DNA of 64,000 nucleotides from an uncultured Bacilli bacterium (GTDB lineage Bacteria; Bacillota_I; Bacilli_A; RF39; UBA660): NCBI GenBank assembly GCA_947626095.1, contig CANQQV010000004.1, positions 1 to 64,000 of the forward strand, read 5' to 3'. Shown piece by piece: positions 58,138 to 64,000 of this stretch (position 1 is its first letter; each line of letters starts with the position of its first letter). The notes under the pieces were generated by a model. It saw only the letters and a program-made list of their open reading frames with translations, ran no database searches and was not told where the DNA came from. The position numbers and the translations under genes were made by a program.

Positions 58138-58848
58138 ATGAAATATGAAAGAATATTATTAAAACTAAGTGGTGAGTCTTTAGCTGGTTCTAAAGGAACA
58201 GGCATTGACTTTGAAAGAGTATTAGATATCTGTCGTGAAATAAAAGAAATAGTCACTTTAGGGGTTGAAGTTGGTATCGTTGTCGGTGGTGGCAACTTCT
58301 GGCGTGGTCGTAGTAACCAGCAAATGGATCGCTGTACTTCTGATTATATTGGTATGTTAGGTACTACTATGAATGCTCTAGCAATTGGTGATGCTTTTAA
58401 ACAATTAAATGTTCCCGTAAGAGTTCAAACTGGTGTTGAAATGCGTCAAATAGCTGAATACTATATTAAAGATCGTGCTTTAAAACATCTAAGTAATAAT
58501 CGTGTTGTTGTCTTCGGTTGTGGAACTGGTTCACCATTCTTTAGTACCGATACAGCTGCCGCCTTACGTGCTGCCGAAATAAATGCTAATGCCTTACTAA
58601 AAGCTACTAATGTTGATGCTATTTATGATAAAGATCCTAAAAAGTATTCTGATGCTAAAAAGATTAACGAAATAACCTATCTTGAAGTCTTAAATCAAAA
58701 GCTAAATGTCATGGATACTACAGCCACATCATTATGTATGGATAATGACATCCCAATAATCGTTTTTGATATTAATAAAAAAGGCAATTTAAATAAAGTT
58801 GTTAATGGCGAAAAAATCGGTACTGTTGTAACTAATAAAGAGAAGTAA
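58138..58848 (+). CDS. pyrH: UMP kinase
   Basis: [42 protein letters not shown]. Confidence 0.97.
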   Translation: MKYERILLKLSGESLAGSKGTGIDFERVLDICREIKEIVTLGVEVGIVVGGGNFWRGRSNQQMDRCTSDYIGMLGTTMNALAIGDAFKQLNVPVRVQTGVEMRQIAEYYIKDRALKHLSNNRVVVFGCGTGSPFFSTDTAAALRAAEINANALLKATNVDAIYDKDPKKYSDAKKINEITYLEVLNQKLNVMDTTATSLCMDNDIPIIVFDINKKGNLNKVVNGEKIGTVVTNKEK

Positions 58849-58900
58849 TACTTCTTTTTTATTTTAAATATGATAAAATAGTGTAAGTAGGGTGATAAGT

Positions 58901-60451
58901 ATGCTTAGATTAGACAATATAAAAGTATATCGTGATATCGAAGATAATGAACTAGTAAGAAGAACATTACTTAAAAATTGGATTGAACTAGAAGATGTCT
59001 TAAGTGCTAATATTGTTCGCAAATCTATTGATGCACGTGATAAAAAGAATGTCCATTATACTTACGCTATTGACTTTGAGGTTAAAGACGAAACTAAATA
59101 TCCTAAATTTAAACATATTGACTACCCCGAAGAAGAACCAATTGTTAAAAGACGAAAATCTAATTATAAACCAATTATCGTTGGTTCCGGTCCCGCCGGT
59201 TTATTCTGTGCTTTAACCTTAGTTGATAATGGCTACGAACCAATTATCATTGAACAAGGTTCTAAAGTAGATGAACGAATGAAATATGTTAATGAATATC
59301 GTGAAACTGGTAAAATAAACGAACTATGTAACGTCCAATTTGGTGAAGGTGGCGCAGGTACTTTTTCCGATGGTAAATTAACTACCGGTATTAGTTCACC
59401 ATATATTAAAAAAGTTCTAAATTATTTCTATAAATTTGGTGCTCCCAAAGAAATTTTATATTCTAATAAACCCCATATTGGTACTGATAATTTAGTTGAA
59501 ATATTAAAAAATATTCGTTCATATATTGAATCTAAAGGTGGTAAATACTACTTTAACAATAAATTAACTAATATTCAAAAAGGGGAAAATCTAATTAAAG
59601 TTATCTGTAATAAAAATGAGTTTATTACTGATACCTTAGTTTTAGCTATAGGTCATAGCGCTCGCGATACCTATAAAATGTTATTAGAAAATAAATTAAA
59701 TATTGAAAGAAAAAACTTCTCTGTTGGTGTTCGTATTGAACATAAACAAGATTTTATCAATGAAGCTCAATATGGCACAATAACTGAGCTTCAATTACCA
59801 CCAGCTGAATATAAATTTGTTTATCACGGACCAAAACGCAGTTGCTATACATTCTGTATGTGCCCAGGAGGCGAAGTTATTGCTTCTGCTTCTACTAACG
59901 AATCAATTGTCACAAACGGTATGTCTACATATAAAAGAGATAAAGAAAATGCTAATAGTGCTTTACTAGTTAATGTTTTGACTACTGATTTCAAAGGTAA
60001 TGACCCATTAGCTGGTATGTACTTCCAAGAAGAGCTAGAACATAAAGCTTATATTTTAGGTGGAGCTAATAACAACGCCCCAGTTCAAAGAGTTGAAGAC
60101 TTTTTAAACAATGTACCTAGTACAAAAATAGGTGATGTTATTCCGTCATATAAACCAGGATATACTTTATGTAATTTAAATGATATATTACCTGAATTTA
60201 TCTCTAGTACTTTAAAAGAAGGCATCTTATCATTTGATAAAAAATTAAAAGGTTTTGCTAATCCTGATGCTATTTTAACTGGCGTTGAAACAAGATCATC
60301 ATCCCCAGTTACAATCGTTAGAAACGAAGATTTAATGTCCAATATTGAAGGTATATATCCATGTGGTGAAGGAGCAGGATACGCTGGTGGTATTACATCC
60401 GCCGCTGTTGATGGTATTAAAGTGGCTATAAAAATTATTGAAAAAGCCTAA
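58901..60451 (+). CDS. FAD-dependent oxidoreductase (uncharacterised COG2509-type)
   Basis: IVGSGPAG, GEGGAGTFSDGKL, TFCMCPGG, GEGAGYAGGI. Confidence 0.88.
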   Translation: MLRLDNIKVYRDIEDNELVRRTLLKNWIELEDVLSANIVRKSIDARDKKNVHYTYAIDFEVKDETKYPKFKHIDYPEEEPIVKRRKSNYKPIIVGSGPAGLFCALTLVDNGYEPIIIEQGSKVDERMKYVNEYRETGKINELCNVQFGEGGAGTFSDGKLTTGISSPYIKKVLNYFYKFGAPKEILYSNKPHIGTDNLVEILKNIRSYIESKGGKYYFNNKLTNIQKGENLIKVICNKNEFITDTLVLAIGHSARDTYKMLLENKLNIERKNFSVGVRIEHKQDFINEAQYGTITELQLPPAEYKFVYHGPKRSCYTFCMCPGGEVIASASTNESIVTNGMSTYKRDKENANSALLVNVLTTDFKGNDPLAGMYFQEELEHKAYILGGANNNAPVQRVEDFLNNVPSTKIGDVIPSYKPGYTLCNLNDILPEFISSTLKEGILSFDKKLKGFANPDAILTGVETRSSSPVTIVRNEDLMSNIEGIYPCGEGAGYAGGITSAAVDGIKVAIKIIEKA

Positions 60452-60509
60452 AAAATTTGCCAAATATTAGAATTTAAGCTAAAATAAAAAACAACTTAGG
60501 GGGCTTACT

Positions 60510-62420
60510 ATGGAAAAACAAGATTTGATAAATTTAAAGAATCAAATAGATAAACTTTCAGACAAAGAAAAAAAACTAAGAGATTTATACTTAAGACAAT
60601 TAGCTACCGGAGAATTACAAGGCCCACCAGTTGGATATCCTAGCCTTGATAAAATATGGTTAAAATGGTATAACGAAGAACAAATATCATTCCAAGTACC
60701 TAAAAAAAAGATTTATGATGTAGTTTACGATAGTAACAAAGAACACTTAGATGAAATTGCTTTAGAATACTATGGCAAAAATATAACTTATCGCGAATTA
60801 TTTACTAACATAGATCGTTTAGCTGCTGCCTTTAAAGCTAATGGTGTTAAAAAAGGTGAGATTGTAACAGTTGGTATGTTAACAACACCTGAATCATTAT
60901 ATGTAATGTTAGCTTTAAACAAAATTGGTGCAATTTCAAGTATGATTGATCCAAGAAGTAATGTTGAAGGATTGCATAAATATTTAACCGACAATGGTTC
61001 AAATATAGTTATTATTACCGACTTATTTGGTGGTAAATTCAAAAAAGCATGTGAGGGGACTAAAACTACTAAGATAATTTCTACATCTTTATTAGATTCA
61101 GTTAAGAATTGGCCACTAAATAGTGAGAGATTAATAAAACTTTACGAAAAACTTAATATCACTAAAAAAGTTGATAATAGTTTTACCACTCGTTATACAG
61201 ATTTCGTTGCTAGTGGCAAAGATTATCACGGAAAACTTGATAGTGAATACATTGAAGATAGCCCAGCATTAATTGTTCACAGTGGCGGAACTACTGGATT
61301 TCCTAAAGCTGTAGTGATGAGTGATAAAGCAGTATTATCTTCAGTATATCAAGGAATAAATTCTGGAATAAAATTCAAACGTGGTGAAACTTGGTTAGGA
61401 ATCATGCCATTATTTATTATCTATGGTGCAAGTACAGGAACATTACTTCCATTAATTAGAGGAATAACTATTAATCTTGTTCCATTATTTGATCCTAAAA
61501 AATTACCAAAACTTCTTATAAAGAAAAAACCAATTCATATGACATTAGCACCATCTCATTTTGAAAACCTAATATATAGTAAAAAACTAGCTAATGAAGA
61601 CTTATCATATATTGTCGCTCCAACTGTTGGTGGCGATTCAATGGATACTAAATTAGAAGAAAAATCAAATGAATGGTTAAGAAAACATGGTTGTATATAC
61701 AAAGTTGCTAAAGGATATGGTTCATCAGAAACATGTTCAGGCGTAACTGTTAACGTTTCTAACGAATGTAATAAAATCGGTAGTGTTGGAATTCCGTTAC
61801 CTCTAACTACAGTTGCTATTTTTAACCCAGATTCCGAAGAAGAATTAACTTATGGAGAAATTGGTGAAGTATGCGTCCAAGGTCCAACAGCAATGAGTGA
61901 ATACCTTAATAGTCCTAAAGAAACTGAACAAGTATTAAAAACTCATTCTGATGGTAAAACATGGGTTCATACCGGTGATTTAGGATACATTACTAAGGAT
62001 GGATTTATCTACATAACAGACCGAATCAAAAGAATGATTATTAATTATGGAGGATTCAAAATCCTACCATCATATGTTGAATCTATTTTAAACAATTTCC
62101 CTGCAATAGAAAAAAGTGTTGTTATCGGTGTTAAAGATGAATTGCATGCTCAAGGTGAAGTTCCTGTAGCTTGTATCACTCTAAAAGATCCGTCAGCTAA
62201 ATTATCTATAGAGGAAATTAAAAAATATTGTAAGCAATATATTAAAGATGAACATCAAATTCCAATTGATTTTGTTATCTTAGATGAAATTCCTTATATT
62301 CCAACTAATGGAAAAATAGATATTAAAGAATTAAAAAGAATAGTTAATGAATCACAACATAAAGAGCAACCAGAAAAAAAATTATATCAAAAGGTTATGA
62401 AAAAGGTATTACATAAGTAA
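60510..62420 (+). CDS. Class I adenylate-forming enzyme (acyl-CoA ligase-like)
   Basis: HSGGTTGFPK, KGYGSSE, GEVCVQGP, HTGDLG, DRIKRMI, NGKID. Confidence 0.9.
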   Translation: MEKQDLINLKNQIDKLSDKEKKLRDLYLRQLATGELQGPPVGYPSLDKIWLKWYNEEQISFQVPKKKIYDVVYDSNKEHLDEIALEYYGKNITYRELFTNIDRLAAAFKANGVKKGEIVTVGMLTTPESLYVMLALNKIGAISSMIDPRSNVEGLHKYLTDNGSNIVIITDLFGGKFKKACEGTKTTKIISTSLLDSVKNWPLNSERLIKLYEKLNITKKVDNSFTTRYTDFVASGKDYHGKLDSEYIEDSPALIVHSGGTTGFPKAVVMSDKAVLSSVYQGINSGIKFKRGETWLGIMPLFIIYGASTGTLLPLIRGITINLVPLFDPKKLPKLLIKKKPIHMTLAPSHFENLIYSKKLANEDLSYIVAPTVGGDSMDTKLEEKSNEWLRKHGCIYKVAKGYGSSETCSGVTVNVSNECNKIGSVGIPLPLTTVAIFNPDSEEELTYGEIGEVCVQGPTAMSEYLNSPKETEQVLKTHSDGKTWVHTGDLGYITKDGFIYITDRIKRMIINYGGFKILPSYVESILNNFPAIEKSVVIGVKDELHAQGEVPVACITLKDPSAKLSIEEIKKYCKQYIKDEHQIPIDFVILDEIPYIPTNGKIDIKELKRIVNESQHKEQPEKKLYQKVMKKVLHK

Positions 62421-62473
62421 TACTTTTTTTAAATATTATGATATAATATACACATACGATAGGGGTAATTAAT

Positions 62474-64000
62474 ATGATGATAGCAATTAGTTTTGAAATC
62501 TGTTCTTTTTTATTTATTTTTTTAGCATCATGTTTTTATTTTTCTAAAGAAAGAGTCGAATCAAAAGAAAATAAGATATATACAATAATTGTTTTTTGCA
62601 CTTTCTTTGCTTTAATTGTGGAATTTCTTTGCGTGTCATCATCATTTGAAAACCTTAGTACAAACAGTCTTTATATATATATTATTTCTAGATTAATGTT
62701 GATTTCCATCTTTTGGTGGGGTGCTTTCTTTCTTGTTTATTTTTATAATATTACACTTGGTGAAAATAAAAAATTCCCTAAAGGTATCTTTATCTTGTAT
62801 CTTTTAATTATTACAGTAGTATTGTTATTAGCACCATTAGATTTCTATTACGATGGTGAAATGGCCTTTTCATACGGCTTAGCAGTAAACTTATTATACA
62901 TAATAAGTGGTGTTGAACTAATACTTGATGTTATCTTTATTGCAAAGAAATTTAAAAGCATTGATAAGAAAAAAGCTATTCCTCTTGTTTCGTTAATTGT
63001 TCTAATGACTTTATCTATAATTATTAGAACTATTTTCCCAGGCATAAATCTAATAGCAACATCATTTGCTTTAGTTGTCTTTGTCATGTACTTCACCATT
63101 GAAAATCCCGATGTTAAAATGCTTGAACAAGTATCAATCGCTAAAGAAAATGCCGAAAAAGCTAATCATGCTAAAACTGACTTCCTATCAAATATGTCCC
63201 ATGAAATAAGAACACCATTAAATGCTATAGTCGGTTTTAGTGAATCTTTAAAAGAGGATAAATTACCTGATAGTGCCAAAGAAAAAGTTAATGATATCAT
63301 CATGGCTTCAAATAACTTACTTGAAATTGTAAATGGTATTTTAGATATCTCAAAGATAGAAGCTAATAAATTAGAAATAATTAATAAAGAATATGATATT
63401 AAGCTAATGCTAGATGAACTAGTGGCTTTAACTCAAGCCAGAATAGGGGATAAAGGTTTAGACTTTAGAGTTAATATTGATAAATCAATTCCTCGTATTT
63501 TATATGGTGATTCGTCAAGATTAAAACAAATATATTTAAATATTTTAACAAATGCGGTTAAGTATACTAAAGAAGGCTTTATTGAATTTACCGTTTCTAC
63601 CGTTATTAAAGAAAATGTTTGTCGTTTAATTGTCTCTGTTGAAGATAGTGGAATTGGTATTAAAAATGAAAATATTGATAAAATATTTTCTAAATTTGAA
63701 AGATTGGATGTTGAAAAACAACAGACAATTGAAGGAACAGGATTGGGCCTTGCTATCACCAAAAAACTAGTTGATCTAATGCATGGTAAAATAGTAGTTC
63801 AATCAGTATATGGTAGTGGTTCCAAATTTACCGTTTCTATAGATCAAAGAATTATCGCTGTAGATCCTCCTAAACAAAAAGAAACAATTCTGTCTGACAG
63901 TAAGTTGATTAATGCTGAAGGAGCTCGTTTATTAATTGTCGATGATAATGAATTAAATATTAAAGTTGCTATTACTTTACTAAAAAAATACAATTTTAAT
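62474..64000 (+). CDS. Hybrid sensor histidine kinase/response regulator (runs off the window; not in the ORF track)
   Basis: Multi-TM N-terminus, FLSNMSHEIRTPLN, NILTNAVKYT, EDSGIG, GTGLGL, receiver start LLIVDDN. Confidence 0.92.
   Translation, partial: MMIAISFEICSFLFIFLASCFYFSKERVESKENKIYTIIVFCTFFALIVEFLCVSSSFENLSTNSLYIYIISRLMLISIFWWGAFFLVYFYNITLGENKKFPKGIFILYLLIITVVLLLAPLDFYYDGEMAFSYGLAVNLLYIISGVELILDVIFIAKKFKSIDKKKAIPLVSLIVLMTLSIIIRTIFPGINLIATSFALVVFVMYFTIENPDVKMLEQVSIAKENAEKANHAKTDFLSNMSHEIRTPLNAIVGFSESLKEDKLPDSAKEKVNDIIMASNNLLEIVNGILDISKIEANKLEIINKEYDIKLMLDELVALTQARIGDKGLDFRVNIDKSIPRILYGDSSRLKQIYLNILTNAVKYTKEGFIEFTVSTVIKENVCRLIVSVEDSGIGIKNENIDKIFSKFERLDVEKQQTIEGTGLGLAITKKLVDLMHGKIVVQSVYGSGSKFTVSIDQRIIAVDPPKQKETILSDSKLINAEGARLLIVDDNELNIKVAITLLKKYNFN

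Noticed and set aside
2138-63762. Short antisense or nested ORFs (e.g. 2138-2338, 12327-12515, 16204-16407, 24385-24660, 33027-33275, 34151-34468, 49360-49680, 55402-55692, 58098-58295, 59004-59216, 62848-63099, 63433-63762)
   Set aside because: These are shadow frames of well-supported genes, with no RBS or motifs.
1-64000. CRISPR array, tRNA/rRNA, prophage or IS element
   Set aside because: No regularly spaced repeats, cloverleafs, rRNA signatures, integrase, transposase or phage structural genes were recognised by eye.

Overview
This is a very AT-rich chromosomal segment (standard genetic code) from a reduced-genome, walled Bacilli/Firmicute; the gene style suggests the uncultured gut RF39-type lineage (inference). 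The core backbone is ireB-ruvX-DUF1292-mltG-trmR-trhP2-trhP1-greA, tig, lon, mutS, nusB, def, ftsW, comEA/comEC, holA, rnhC, cvpA, trxA, uppP, mraY, maf and pyrH. A sporulation set is also present (spoVID, ysxE, ylbJ, yjcZ-like, spoVD, spoVE). The strongest candidate for an undescribed system is a translationally coupled five-gene operon at 902-5723. It encodes a barrel-only pyruvate-kinase-like enzyme, an adenylosuccinate-synthetase-like ligase that has lost its aspartate-binding loop, a uridine-kinase-like enzyme, a J-domain/kinase fusion lacking the catalytic Asp, and a vWA protein. It has a consensus sigma-A promoter and two related GT-N7-AC (NrtR-like) operators, and it lies next to decayed YhcG and BRO-like genes. 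Other highlights: a ~1650-aa protein with a putative ADP-ribosyltransferase-like core and tandem degenerate/intact HD domains; a yybP-ykoY Mn2+ riboswitch controlling a soluble non-transporter; a leader-peptide/terminator attenuator before a stand-alone pyrH; several small ORFs missing from the ORF track; a candidate sporulation sRNA; and a frameshifted Imm26-type gene. No rRNA, tRNA, CRISPR array or transposase was seen. All family assignments come from motif recognition by eye, not from database searches.
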